From an uncultured Eubacteriales bacterium (GTDB lineage: Bacteria > Bacillota > Clostridia > TANB77 > CAG-508), in contig CAOKHL010000007.1 of the NCBI GenBank assembly GCA_948468315.1, forward strand, positions 1,102 to 65,101: DNA of 64,000 nucleotides, given 5' to 3'. Under the pieces are notes generated by a model. The model was not told the DNA's origin and made no database searches. It was given only the letters and a program-made list of their open reading frames with translations. Both the position numbers and the translations under genes were made by a program. Below, in pieces: positions 39,529 through 49,912 of the stretch. The stretch's first letter is position 1; each line of letters opens with the position of its first letter.

Positions 39529-40536
39529 ATGAAAGTACTACTATATACAGAAAATGAGAAGTTTTTATCTAAAAGTGGTTTGGGAAAAGCTATAAGACAT
39601 CAAATGAAAGCATTAGATTGGGTTAATATAGAGTATACAACAGATGTATCAGATAATTATGATATTGCACATATAAATTTTTATGGTTTAAAATCTTATT
39701 TACTTGCAAAGAAATTAAAAAAGCAAGGTAAAAAAATAGTATACCACGCTCATAGCACAGAGGAAGATTTTAGGAATAGTTTTATTTTTTCTAATCAAGT
39801 TTCAAAGATTTTTAAAAAGTGGTTAATAAAGTGTTATACATTAGGAGATGCCATAATTACACCAACAGAGTATTCAAAGAAATTGCTAGAAGGATATGGA
39901 ATAAATAAAGATATATATGTTGTTTCAAATGGAGTTGCGATAACAGATTTTGAAGAAGATGAAAAGTCTGGAGAAGATTTTAGAAGAAAATATAATTATA
40001 AAAAAGATGATAAAATTGTTGTTGGAATAGGTCTTTATATTGAAAGAAAAGGAATTGTAGATTTTGTAGAACTTGCTAAAAAGATGCCTGATTATAAATT
40101 TATTTGGTTTGGGTATAGTCCTCTAATATTTTCTAGAAGTAAAGTAAGAAAAGCAGTAAATACTAAGTTAGAGAATTTAATTTTTGCAGGATATGTTGAG
40201 CCAAAAATAATAAAGCAGGCATTGAATGGTTGTAATGTATATGTTGCTATGACTTATGAAGAAACAGAAGGAATAACAATAATAGAAGCAGCAGGATGTA
40301 AAACCGATATGGTTGTAAGGGATATACCAGTATTTGAAGATTGGTTAATAGATAGTGAAAATGTGTATAAAGCAAAAGATATAGACCAATTTGAGTGTAA
40401 AATTAGAAAGATTGTAAACAATGAGCTTCCAAGTCTTAAAGATGAAGCATATAAAATAGCGGAAGAAAGAAAAAGTAATATTATAGGAGAAAAGTTAGGA
40501 CAAGTATATACAAAAGTTTTAAAGGAAAAGGTGTAA
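39529..40536 (+). CDS. GT4-family glycosyltransferase (glycolipid synthase-like)
   Basis: ATG 39529 after aaggag 39516-39521; C-terminal E..EG....EA motif region YEETEGITIIEAAGC. Confidence 0.7.
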   Translation: MKVLLYTENEKFLSKSGLGKAIRHQMKALDWVNIEYTTDVSDNYDIAHINFYGLKSYLLAKKLKKQGKKIVYHAHSTEEDFRNSFIFSNQVSKIFKKWLIKCYTLGDAIITPTEYSKKLLEGYGINKDIYVVSNGVAITDFEEDEKSGEDFRRKYNYKKDDKIVVGIGLYIERKGIVDFVELAKKMPDYKFIWFGYSPLIFSRSKVRKAVNTKLENLIFAGYVEPKIIKQALNGCNVYVAMTYEETEGITIIEAAGCKTDMVVRDIPVFEDWLIDSENVYKAKDIDQFECKIRKIVNNELPSLKDEAYKIAEERKSNIIGEKLGQVYTKVLKEKV

Positions 40537-40597
40537 ATTATACTAAAAATTGATAACGATTATTATATTTATACTTTACGAAAGGGATGTAATAAAA

Positions 40598-41830
40598 ATG
40601 AAAATAGGATTATTTACAGATTCATATCCACCATATATAAATGGAGTGTCAACTAGTGTTTCAAATTTAAGAGATGCATTAATAAAAATGGGGCATGAGG
40701 TTTATATTGTAACAGTAAATAATAGTGCAATAAAGTGTGATTATGATGAAGAAGAAAAGATATTAAGGATATCAGGAATGCCAATAGGAATATATGATTA
40801 TAGGCTTAGCAATATATATCCATTATCAACAATAAAAATAATAAGAAAGTGGAATTTAGATATTATTCATTCACATACAGAATTTGGAATTGGTATATTT
40901 GCAAGAATATTAGCCAAAAAGTTTAAAATTCCATTAGTACATACATATCATACTTTATATGAAGATTATACACATTATATTACACACAATCACTTTGACA
41001 ATTTAAGTAAAAAAATAGTAAAAGACCTTACTAAAATTTATTGTGTAAAAACTGCAAAAGAGACTATTGTTCCAACAGATAAAATTTACAAATTATTTAA
41101 AGAAAAATATCTTATAACAAAAAATGTTTGTATAATTCCTAGTGGAATAGACCTAGAGAGGTTTTTTGAAGAGAATGTTTCTAAAGAAAAGGTTAAAGAT
41201 ATAAAGGAAAAATATGATATTACAGATAATGACTTCACAATTATTTTTGTGGGGAGATTAGCTCAAGAAAAAAACATTGAATTTTTGTTAGAGGCACATA
41301 AAAAAATAGTAGATAAGAAAATTCTAAACATAAAATTGCTAATTGTAGGAGATGGACCTGATAAAGAAAAATATATAAATATAACAAGAAAGCTTAATAT
41401 TTATGATAAAGTGATTTTTACTGGAAAAATTCCTCAAGAGGAAGTTCAATATTATTATCAATGTGCAGATTTATTTGTAACTGCGTCAAATACAGAAACA
41501 CAAGGACTAACAGTAATAGAAGCTATGGCATCTGGGGTAGTGCCAATGTGTATAAATGATATGGCATTCACAGGAATGTTACCAAAAAATAGTTTATTTA
41601 GTAATGAACAAGAATATATAAATCAACTATTAGATTTTGCAAGAAATGAACAATTGAAAAATGAATATAAAAATGAAGTAAGAAAAAAAGCAGAAGAATA
41701 TAGTTCAAAAAGATATGCTCAAAGGGTTTTAGAAGTATATAATGAAGTTTTAAACGAAAATGTAGATAATACTTTTAATAGAAAAGGAATTGAAAATGAA
41801 GAACGAAAAAAGGTTAAAGAATGTATTTAA
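40598..41830 (+). CDS. GT4-family glycosyltransferase (monoglucosyl-diacylglycerol synthase-like)
   Basis: MKIGLFTDSYPPYINGVSTSV, VGRLAQEKN, ETQGLTVIEAMASG. Confidence 0.75.
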   Translation: MKIGLFTDSYPPYINGVSTSVSNLRDALIKMGHEVYIVTVNNSAIKCDYDEEEKILRISGMPIGIYDYRLSNIYPLSTIKIIRKWNLDIIHSHTEFGIGIFARILAKKFKIPLVHTYHTLYEDYTHYITHNHFDNLSKKIVKDLTKIYCVKTAKETIVPTDKIYKLFKEKYLITKNVCIIPSGIDLERFFEENVSKEKVKDIKEKYDITDNDFTIIFVGRLAQEKNIEFLLEAHKKIVDKKILNIKLLIVGDGPDKEKYINITRKLNIYDKVIFTGKIPQEEVQYYYQCADLFVTASNTETQGLTVIEAMASGVVPMCINDMAFTGMLPKNSLFSNEQEYINQLLDFARNEQLKNEYKNEVRKKAEEYSSKRYAQRVLEVYNEVLNENVDNTFNRKGIENEERKKVKECI

Positions 41831-42365
41831 TGTAGCAACAATTGTTATGACAATTTTGATTGTTATATTTATTATATATGGAATAAAAATAGGAATATTT
41901 CGAGACAAAACACTACTTGTTGAATATATGAGCAAATTTGGAATATTTGCTCCATTAGTATTTATATTTATACAAATTGTACAAGTAGTTTTCCCTATAA
42001 TACCAGGAGGAGCCAGTTGCTTAGCTGGTGTATTGGCGTTTGGACCAGTATGGGGATTTGTTTATAACGAAATAGGTTTAATAATTGGTTCAGTAATAGC
42101 ATATTTTTTAGCGAAAAGATATGGTCTAAAGTTAATAAAAAGTTTATTTAAACAAGAACAAGTAGATAAATATTTAGGATATATAAGAAACAATAAATTT
42201 GAAAAAGTATTCTTCTTTGGAATTTTATTACCAGGTTTGCCTGATGACCTTTTATGTTATGTTTCAGGACTTAGCAATATTACATTCAAAAGGTTTCTTG
42301 CAATTATAGTATTAGGAAAGCCTTTAGGATTATTAATGTATAGTGCTTTTGTTGCAGTTATATAA
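41790..42365 (+). CDS. TVP38/TMEM64 (DedA-related) membrane protein
   Basis: PIIPGGASCLAGVLAFG...IGSVIAYFLAKRYG. Confidence 0.7.
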   Translation: MKMKNEKRLKNVFNVATIVMTILIVIFIIYGIKIGIFRDKTLLVEYMSKFGIFAPLVFIFIQIVQVVFPIIPGGASCLAGVLAFGPVWGFVYNEIGLIIGSVIAYFLAKRYGLKLIKSLFKQEQVDKYLGYIRNNKFEKVFFFGILLPGLPDDLLCYVSGLSNITFKRFLAIIVLGKPLGLLMYSAFVAVI

Positions 42366-42455
42366 TTTTTAACATGGGATATACAAAAAGAATAAATTGT
42401 GCTAAAATTATGACATAAGGAATAAAATTTTTACAAAAAGAGAAAGGGGTATAAA

Positions 42456-43058
42456 ATGGAAAAAGAAAATGTATTAGATAGGAGAATTTATGACTTCTCA
42501 GAGAAGGTAGATATTATTCAGAGCATAATAATAGGATTAATAGCATTTATAGTTCCAACATTTTTAGCTAAATTAATTAATATTATATTTGGAACACAAA
42601 GTGTTATAGCAACAAATTCACAAATTATAGTAGGCTCTATTGTAAATATGGCACTAATTGTTTCTGCAATTAATGTAAAAGGTTGGAAAAAAATTGCTGG
42701 AATAATAACAATGCCAAGTGTATCAACAATTTTAGGAGGATTTGTATTTAAAACAGCCTCTGTATATATGGTATATATGATACCTGCAATTTGGATAGGA
42801 AATTTTGTATTAGTATATGCTTATAAATATATTATGCTAGCTAAAAAACAAAATTACTTTTTGGCAGGTATAGTAGGAATTGTTGCAAAAGTTATCGTAA
42901 TTTTCGGCTGTTTTGAGATATTGAAACTATTTTCAATATTTCCAGATAAATTAATTGGAACACTACAAATGGCTATGGGAGGAACACAGCTAATAACTGC
43001 ATGTATTGGTATGATTATATCTTTTGTTATATATCAAGTTGAAAAAAGGAAACTATAA
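42456..43058 (+). CDS. polytopic membrane protein, function unknown
   Basis: Five to six hydrophobic segments; RBS agaaagggg. Confidence 0.4.
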   Translation: MEKENVLDRRIYDFSEKVDIIQSIIIGLIAFIVPTFLAKLINIIFGTQSVIATNSQIIVGSIVNMALIVSAINVKGWKKIAGIITMPSVSTILGGFVFKTASVYMVYMIPAIWIGNFVLVYAYKYIMLAKKQNYFLAGIVGIVAKVIVIFGCFEILKLFSIFPDKLIGTLQMAMGGTQLITACIGMIISFVIYQVEKRKL

Positions 43059-43078
43059 AAAATAGGAGGAAGAGGAAC

Positions 43079-43279
43079 ATGAAAAAGAGATTATATAAAA
43101 TTGAACAAGGAAGAAAATTAGATGGTGTATGTGGTGGAATTACAGAATATTTTGATATAGATGCAACATTAGTTAGATTAGCTTGGATATTATTTACTGC
43201 ATGTGCAGGAAGCGGAATAATAGCATATATTATAGCTTCTATTATAATGCCAAAGAAATCAGATATAATAGAGGGATAA
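43079..43279 (+). CDS. PspC-domain membrane protein
   Basis: LYKIEQGRKLDGVCGGITEYFDIDATLVRLAWIL. Confidence 0.75.
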   Translation: MKKRLYKIEQGRKLDGVCGGITEYFDIDATLVRLAWILFTACAGSGIIAYIIASIIMPKKSDIIEG

Positions 43280-43290
43280 TTTTTTTTAAG

Positions 43291-43327
43291 AAAGGACTAT
43301 ATCTTTTGCAAAAAGATATGGTCCTTT
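43291..43327. terminator. bidirectional hairpin, GGACTATATCTTTT sub-family
   Basis: aaaggactatatctttt / aaaagatatggtccttt (one G-U). Confidence 0.7.
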
Positions 43328-43334
43328 TAAGAAT

Positions 43335-43931
43335 TTATTTTAAAATTTTGCGTATTTCCTTAAATAGGATAGGTTTAAATTGTTCAATAGGTAAAGGCAT
43401 ATTATATAATATAGAATTAAATGCGGTAGAACTAGATAGTTCTATTATCATAAATAAAGTAGCTTCTGGATTTTCTAATATTATATTATTTTTTTCAATA
43501 CCATTCATAAAAATATTGTAAATAGAATCTTCATTAGAACCTTTTAAATCAGCAATTTTTGTTACAGCTTGATTATATATTCCTAGTGAGAGATTTTTTG
43601 ATATGAATTTTAATAAAACATGATTTTTATCTAATGCATCAATTATATGTTCAATTACAAAAATAATTTGGTCTTCAAAGTTTTGGGTATCAGTTTTTTT
43701 CAAAGCTTTAACAGCGTCTGAAAATAATTTTTGTGATTTTTTTTCAATTAGTTTATTTTGAATATCATATTTATCTTTAAAATATAAATAAAAAGTTCCT
43801 TTTCCAATACCTGCATTATCTACAATATCTTGAATAGAAGTTTCTTTAAATCCTTTTTTAGTAAATAGGTTAAATGCTGTATCTAGTAGGGTTTCTTCTT
43901 TTATTTTTTTCTTTTCATCTGATTTTTTCAT
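43335..43931 (-). CDS. TetR-family transcriptional regulator
   Basis: LLDTAFNLFTKKGFKETSIQDIVDNAGIGKGTFYLYF. Confidence 0.85.
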   Translation of the reverse strand: MKKSDEKKKIKEETLLDTAFNLFTKKGFKETSIQDIVDNAGIGKGTFYLYFKDKYDIQNKLIEKKSQKLFSDAVKALKKTDTQNFEDQIIFVIEHIIDALDKNHVLLKFISKNLSLGIYNQAVTKIADLKGSNEDSIYNIFMNGIEKNNIILENPEATLFMIIELSSSTAFNSILYNMPLPIEQFKPILFKEIRKILK

Positions 43932-44000
43932 AGATTTACTCCATTTCTTTAACTTCTATAAAATTAGATTTACAATTAAATTATCTCACAAACTAAAATT

Positions 44001-44083
44001 TTAGTCAATAATTTTTATAAAAATATTGACTAATGGTCATAAAAGTGCTACAATAAATCACGATAAAAATGACTAATGGTCAT
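44001..44083. promoter_or_regulatory. candidate TetR operator region: 33-bp palindrome plus two direct copies of TGACTAATGGTCAT
   Basis: ttagtcaataatttttataaaaatattgactaa (44001-44033); tgactaatggtcat at 44027 and 44070. Confidence 0.55.
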
Positions 44084-44142
44084 ACAAAATTATTGAAAGG
44101 AGGAAACTTAACTAGTAAAAAGACTAGTATAAGTTAATAATA

Positions 44143-46230
44143 ATGAAAAAATTTGGCGAATTTATTTGCAAACATAAGATAATAATTCTTATAATAGCAA
44201 TAATCTTATGTATTCCATCAATTTATGGAATGCTATCAACAAGAGTAAATTATGACATTTTATCATATTTACCAAATGATATAGAAACAATTAAAGGAGA
44301 AAATATCTTATCAGAAGATTTTGAAATGGGTTCATTTTCAATTGTACTTGTAAAAGATATGCCACAAAAAAATCTTATAAATTTAGAAAAAAGAATTAGA
44401 CAAATTGATTCAGTAGGAGAAGTAATAGGTATAACAGATGTAACAGGAAGTGCGATTCCAATAGATATGTTACCAGATGAAATATTAGATAAAATCTATA
44501 AAGAAGATGGAACAACAGCGGTACTAGTTACTTTCAAAGATGGAATAGCAGAAGATAGAACATTAGATGCAATTCAAGAATTAAGAGACATAACAGACGA
44601 AAGCTGTAAAATAAGTGGAATGTCTGCTACAAACTTAGATATAAAAAATATTTGTAATTCAGAAGTAATAATATATGCAATAATAGCAGTAATATTATGT
44701 GCAATTATTTTAAGTATAGCATTAGACTCTTATATAATTCCATTAATACTATTAGGAAATATAGGGATTTCCGTATTATATAATTTAGGTTCAAATATGA
44801 TATTTGGGGAAATTTCTTATATAACAAAAGCAATAAGTAGTGTATTACAATTAGGGGTAACTATGGATTTTGGAATTTTCCTTTATCACAGTTATAAACA
44901 TCAAAAACAAACTGAAACAAATAATGAAAAAGCAATGGCTCTTGCTATATCAGATACATTAAGGTCAGTTGTTGGAAGCTCAATGACAACAATAGCTGGG
45001 TTTTTAGCACTTTGTACAATGAGTTTAACACTCGGAAAAGATATTGGTCTAGTTATGGCAAAAGGTGTTGCAATAGGCGTAATATGTACAGTAACAATAC
45101 TTCCAGCTTTAATACTTGTATTAGATAGATTAATTGTAAAAACAAGTCACAAAGAAATATTACCAAAATTTACAAAATTAAAAGAATTGGTAATAAAACA
45201 TTATAAACTAATTACTTTAATATTTATAATAATGTTACCATTTGCAATATATGGATATACACATACAGAAAGCTATTACAACTTAATGAGTGGTTTACCA
45301 AAAACTTTACCAAGTGTTCAAGCAAATGACGAACTTTCTGATAAATTCAATATGGTTTCAACAGAATTAGTTTTAGTAGATAAAAATTTATCTGATGAAA
45401 AAGTTTCAGAAATGGTTAATAAAATTGAAAAATTAGATGGAATAGAACTTTGCCTAAGTTATTCAAAAATAACTAATAGCCTAGACATGCCAGCAGAATT
45501 TTTACCAGAAGATATATTAAAAATATTTACAAGTGATAAATATCAAATGATAATAATAAGTTCAAAATATGAAAATGCAACAGATGAGTTAAATAATCAA
45601 ATTGCACAAGTAAATAACATAATAAAAACATATGATGAAAATAGTTTAATGGCTGGAGAAGGGCCACTTATGAAAGACTTAGTAGAAATTGCAAATCATG
45701 ATTTTAATAGTGTAAATACATTTTCAATTGCAGTAATATTTGCTTTAATGTTTGTAGTTTTAGAATCTCTTTCATTGCCAATTATTCTAATCTTAGTTAT
45801 TGAATTTGCAATATTTATAAATATGGGAATTCCAGCATATATGGGAAATCAAGTACCATTTGTTGCCTCAATAGTAATAGGAACAATTCAATTAGGAGCA
45901 ACAATAGATTATGCAATTTTAATAACAAATAAATATATAGAAAAACGTAAAGAAAAATTAAGTAAAAAAGAAGCAATAGATTATGCACTTGGAACATCAA
46001 TTAGCTCAATAGTAGTAAGTGGTTTATGTTTCTTTGGAGCAACATTTGGAGTAGCAATATATTCACAAATAGCAATGATAAGTTCATTATGTGTATTAAT
46101 ATCAAGAGGTGCAATAATAAGTATGATAACTGTTATTTGTGTATTACCAGCATTTTTAATGATTTTTGATAAAATTATTTGTAAAACAACATTAGGAATG
46201 AAAAAAATAGGAAAGGAAGTTAATTTATAA
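44143..46230 (+). CDS. MMPL/RND-superfamily membrane transporter
   Basis: Two blocks of about 6 TM helices separated by soluble loops; N-terminus typical of the Firmicutes MMPL (YdfJ-like) family. Confidence 0.65.
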   Translation: MKKFGEFICKHKIIILIIAIILCIPSIYGMLSTRVNYDILSYLPNDIETIKGENILSEDFEMGSFSIVLVKDMPQKNLINLEKRIRQIDSVGEVIGITDVTGSAIPIDMLPDEILDKIYKEDGTTAVLVTFKDGIAEDRTLDAIQELRDITDESCKISGMSATNLDIKNICNSEVIIYAIIAVILCAIILSIALDSYIIPLILLGNIGISVLYNLGSNMIFGEISYITKAISSVLQLGVTMDFGIFLYHSYKHQKQTETNNEKAMALAISDTLRSVVGSSMTTIAGFLALCTMSLTLGKDIGLVMAKGVAIGVICTVTILPALILVLDRLIVKTSHKEILPKFTKLKELVIKHYKLITLIFIIMLPFAIYGYTHTESYYNLMSGLPKTLPSVQANDELSDKFNMVSTELVLVDKNLSDEKVSEMVNKIEKLDGIELCLSYSKITNSLDMPAEFLPEDILKIFTSDKYQMIIISSKYENATDELNNQIAQVNNIIKTYDENSLMAGEGPLMKDLVEIANHDFNSVNTFSIAVIFALMFVVLESLSLPIILILVIEFAIFINMGIPAYMGNQVPFVASIVIGTIQLGATIDYAILITNKYIEKRKEKLSKKEAIDYALGTSISSIVVSGLCFFGATFGVAIYSQIAMISSLCVLISRGAIISMITVICVLPAFLMIFDKIICKTTLGMKKIGKEVNL

Positions 46231-47951
46231 TGAGCAAATTAATAAAAAAGATAGTTTGTATAGCAAGCACAATATCATTATGTAGTATCTATGCAATTCC
46301 GATATATGCAATATCAGAAAAAGATACATCATATTGTAAAATGAATAATATAGGAGAAGTTTATAAAAACACTTCTAATCAAGAAGAAAAAAATGAAGAA
46401 ATGCCAATAGATACAGAAATAAAGTATTATTTAAATGATGAAGAAATATCAAGTGAAGATATAAAAGGAAAATCTGGAAAAGTAAAAATAGAAATCAAAT
46501 ACATTAATAAAGATGAGAAAATAGTAGAAGTAGATGGAAAACAAGTAAAAATGTATACACCATATATTGTATCTTGTGGAATGATATTAGATAATGAAAA
46601 ATTTGAAAATGTAACAGTATCTAGTGGAAAGACAATAGATAATGGAAGTAATACAATGGTAGTAGGTATAACTATGCCAGGAATGCAAGAAAGCTTGGAT
46701 TTAAATAAAGATGATATTGAAATACCAGAAAAACTAACAATTGAGGCAGATGTAAAAGATTTTGAATTGGGAAATATGTATATGTATATCGAATCAAATG
46801 TATTTAATAGTGATTTGGAATTTTTAAGTGAGTTTGAAAGTATTTATAGTGATATTCAAAATTTAAAAAATGCAAGTAAACAATTAGTAGATGGAACAAA
46901 AACATTGAAACAAGGAACTGATACTTATACAGAAAAAATGGGAGAATTCAATAATGGACTTGGGGTATATACAAATGGTGTAAATACAATAAGTAATAAT
47001 TACACAAAAATTAATGATGGGATATCTACAATTAATTCTAATACAAAAAAGATTGCAGAAGGAAGTTCAAATTTATCAAATGGAATAACAGAATTAAAAA
47101 CAAATCTTTCTAGCTTAATTTCAGCAATGAGCAAAATTAAAAAAGGAACAGATGGAATTAATTTAGGAACACAAGAAATAATCAAAAATGTTGAGAGTTC
47201 TATAACTAAAATATCAGCAAGTACGTCAGAATCTTCTGATACGACGAAAAATTTAACAGCTTTAGGAACAGCAACAGAAACAACAATTTATAAATTAAAT
47301 GCCACTAAAACAGCTTTAGAAAAAACAGTAAATTCTATGGAAGAAAGTGAAGAAAAAACAGTATTATTAAGCCAAATATCATCTTTGGATAAACAAATTA
47401 CAGAATTAAAAACAAATGTGGCAACAGAAAGAACAGCTTATAATAAAGTAATAAAAGAAGAAACAAAAGAAGTTTTAACAGGATTAAATCAATTAAAAAC
47501 AGCATTAGGGCAATTACAAGGAGTATCTTCACAAGTAAAAAATGGTGTAGATACAATAATAAGTAGTTCTCCAGAGTTACAAAATGGATTAAATAAATTA
47601 GAAGATGGATCAAGTACATTATCAAAAGGAGCGAATGCTTTAAGTGCAGGAACTAATACACTTTCAAATGGTGCTAAAGAATTAAAAACAGGAATTGAAA
47701 CATTAAATTCAAACACGGAAACAATTAAAGAAGCGGGAATTGGTTTAAAAGATGGTGCTAAAACTATATCAGATGGAGCAAATACTTTAGCAGATGGAAT
47801 GAACAAATTTGATAATGATGGAATAAGCAAGATTTATAAATTAGTAAATGGAGATATAAAAGGAATACAAAATAAAGCCCAAAAATTGATTGATTTATCA
47901 AAGAAGAGCAATTCTTATAAATATATATTGAAAGTTGATAGTATAAAATAA
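46230..47951 (+). CDS. secreted YhgE/Pip-N-terminal-like protein with xxxLxxG heptad repeats
   Basis: Signal peptide; LVDGTKTLKQGTDTY, LSNGITELKTN, LSKGANALSAGTNTLSNGAKELKTG. Confidence 0.55.
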   Translation: MSKLIKKIVCIASTISLCSIYAIPIYAISEKDTSYCKMNNIGEVYKNTSNQEEKNEEMPIDTEIKYYLNDEEISSEDIKGKSGKVKIEIKYINKDEKIVEVDGKQVKMYTPYIVSCGMILDNEKFENVTVSSGKTIDNGSNTMVVGITMPGMQESLDLNKDDIEIPEKLTIEADVKDFELGNMYMYIESNVFNSDLEFLSEFESIYSDIQNLKNASKQLVDGTKTLKQGTDTYTEKMGEFNNGLGVYTNGVNTISNNYTKINDGISTINSNTKKIAEGSSNLSNGITELKTNLSSLISAMSKIKKGTDGINLGTQEIIKNVESSITKISASTSESSDTTKNLTALGTATETTIYKLNATKTALEKTVNSMEESEEKTVLLSQISSLDKQITELKTNVATERTAYNKVIKEETKEVLTGLNQLKTALGQLQGVSSQVKNGVDTIISSSPELQNGLNKLEDGSSTLSKGANALSAGTNTLSNGAKELKTGIETLNSNTETIKEAGIGLKDGAKTISDGANTLADGMNKFDNDGISKIYKLVNGDIKGIQNKAQKLIDLSKKSNSYKYILKVDSIK

Positions 47952-48003
47952 ATATTTAGGGAATAATTAGAAGTAGTAAAACTTGGGTTTAAAGGAGGAA
48001 GGT

Positions 48004-48549
48004 ATGGAATATTTAGAAAAAATTTTAAAAAGAACAGGAATAAGTTCTTTAATTACATCAATTATTTTTGCAATATTAGGAATTATTTTAATTATAAATC
48101 CAGAAGGAACAATAAAATTTGTATCTATAATTTTAGGTGCAATGTTTATATTAGTTGGATTATATAAAATTTTAAATTATATTAGAAATAAAGGAAAATA
48201 TGATTTTTATAATTATGATATATCTTATGGAATAATAGCTGTTATATTAGGTGTTATAACAATTTGTTATAGTAGTCAAATAGGAACTATATTTAGAATT
48301 TTAATAGGATTATGGATTATTTATAGTGCTATTATTAGAATTAGTTTATCAGCTAAATTGAAAAATATTTCTTCTAATGTATGGTTATATAGTTTAGCTA
48401 TTGCGTTAATAATGGGAGTTTGTGGAATATATATAATATGTAACTCAGGAGCAATAATAGTAACATTAGGAATTGTTGTTTTAATATATTCTATTTTAGA
48501 TATTATAGAAAGTATAATATTTTTGGGAAATGTAAATAAATTAGTATAA
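48004..48549 (+). CDS. HdeD/DUF308-like membrane protein
   Basis: Six hydrophobic segments in a repeating pattern; RBS aaaggaggaaggt. Confidence 0.45.
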   Translation: MEYLEKILKRTGISSLITSIIFAILGIILIINPEGTIKFVSIILGAMFILVGLYKILNYIRNKGKYDFYNYDISYGIIAVILGVITICYSSQIGTIFRILIGLWIIYSAIIRISLSAKLKNISSNVWLYSLAIALIMGVCGIYIICNSGAIIVTLGIVVLIYSILDIIESIIFLGNVNKLV

Positions 48550-48614
48550 CAGAATTATTTAGTTGCTAATTATCTATTTTTATATTATAATCATACAAGA
48601 AAGGAAGAAATAAA

Positions 48615-48932
48615 ATGGCAACTACAATTGAATATATAGAGTATGTATGTGAACAAATAGAAGGAATTGGAGACATAAGGTATAAGAAAATGTTTGGGGA
48701 ATTTATGGTATATGTTAATGATAAGCCAGTTATTATAGTTTGTGATAATAATGCATTTGTCAAGAAACTAGACTGTATAGAAGAAATGATGAAAAATGCA
48801 GAAACAGGTTATCCATATAGTGGTGCTAAAGAACATTATATATTAGATATTGATAACTCTGACTTTTGCAAAATGGTTGTGTCTGAAATAGAAAAAGTAA
48901 CACCTATACCTAAACCAAGAAAAAAGAAGTAA
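48615..48932 (+). CDS. TfoX N-terminal domain protein
   Basis: YKKMFGEFMVYVNDKPVIIVCDN. Confidence 0.6.
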   Translation: MATTIEYIEYVCEQIEGIGDIRYKKMFGEFMVYVNDKPVIIVCDNNAFVKKLDCIEEMMKNAETGYPYSGAKEHYILDIDNSDFCKMVVSEIEKVTPIPKPRKKK

Positions 48933-48975
48933 GATAAAAATATAGCAATAAAAAAGTATTGCTATATTTTTTACA

Positions 48976-49056
48976 AACTATTTAGAAAAAAATCTAAATA
49001 GTTATTGACATTATATTTTTAAAGTAGTATAATCTATTTAGATATATATCTAAATA
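48976..49056 (+). promoter_or_regulatory. promoter TTGACA(49005)-17-TATAAT(49028) flanked by two palindromes sharing TATTTAGA / TCTAAATA
   Basis: aactatttaga/tctaaatagtt (48976-49003); tatttagata/tatctaaata (49035-49056). Confidence 0.55.
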
Positions 49057-49067
49057 CAGTAAGTGAG

Positions 49068-49358
49068 GTGATTAATTTGGGAATATCAGAAACTCTAAAA
49101 GCAATTAGTGACCCTGTAAGAAGAGAGATACTAGAATTGTTGAAAGATGGTAGAAAAACAGCAGGAGAAATATCAAACAGTTTTAATTTAACTGGAGCAA
49201 CAGTATCTTATCATTTATCAAACTTAAAAAAGGCAAATCTAATAACTGAAACAAAACAAAAAAACTTTATATTTTATGAATTAAATAGTTCTGTATTTGA
49301 AGATGTTTTAGTGTGGATTTATAAATTGGGAGGAAATAAGAATGGAAAAGAAAAATAA
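49068..49358 (+). CDS. ArsR/SdpR-family autorepressor (start GTG 49068 or TTG 49077)
   Basis: LKAISDPVRREILELL...GEISNSFNLTGATVSYHLSNLKKANLI. Confidence 0.8.
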   Translation: MINLGISETLKAISDPVRREILELLKDGRKTAGEISNSFNLTGATVSYHLSNLKKANLITETKQKNFIFYELNSSVFEDVLVWIYKLGGNKNGKEK

Positions 49359-49890
49359 AAAAATATTAATTTTAAGTGTGATTGTATGTTTATTACCAAT
49401 GATATTAGGCATTGTGTTTTATAACAAATTACCAGACAAAATGCCAATTCATTTTACAATAAATGATGTACCTGATAATTATGCACCAAAGAATTTTGCT
49501 TTATTTGGAATACCTTTAATTATGGCTGTTGTGCAAGCAATATGCATTATATTTGTAGAGAAGGTAAACAAAATAAAAGATAATGAAAAACCTAGAATTG
49601 TAAAAATAATGGAATGGTTTATTCCTATTATAACAGTATTATTATATATTATTATGATAGAGGTTCCATTAGGAAGTACTGTATATGTTGGAAAAAGTGT
49701 ATGTTTGATTTTAGGAATATTATTTATGATAATAGGAAATTATATACCTAAAATGAGTTATGAAACTGGAAGCATAATATTTCATCCAACTCCAAAAAGT
49801 GAGAAGTCATTTAGAAAAATGAGTAAAATAATGGGATATTCTTTTGTTGGAGTAGGAATAGTTTTACTTGTTTTAATAATATGGGTATAA
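49342..49890 (+). CDS. SdpI-like / DUF1648 membrane immunity-type protein
   Basis: Overlaps the repressor gene; 4 TM segments; FYNKLPDKMPIHF N-terminal signature. Confidence 0.6.
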   Translation: MEKKNKKILILSVIVCLLPMILGIVFYNKLPDKMPIHFTINDVPDNYAPKNFALFGIPLIMAVVQAICIIFVEKVNKIKDNEKPRIVKIMEWFIPIITVLLYIIMIEVPLGSTVYVGKSVCLILGILFMIIGNYIPKMSYETGSIIFHPTPKSEKSFRKMSKIMGYSFVGVGIVLLVLIIWV

Positions 49891-49912
49891 AAGATAAATT
49901 AGGAGTGAAAGT

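Noticed and set aside
43183-43521. Plus-strand 112-aa ORF
   Set aside because: It starts inside the pspC-domain gene in another frame, crosses the terminator and runs antisense to the TetR gene.
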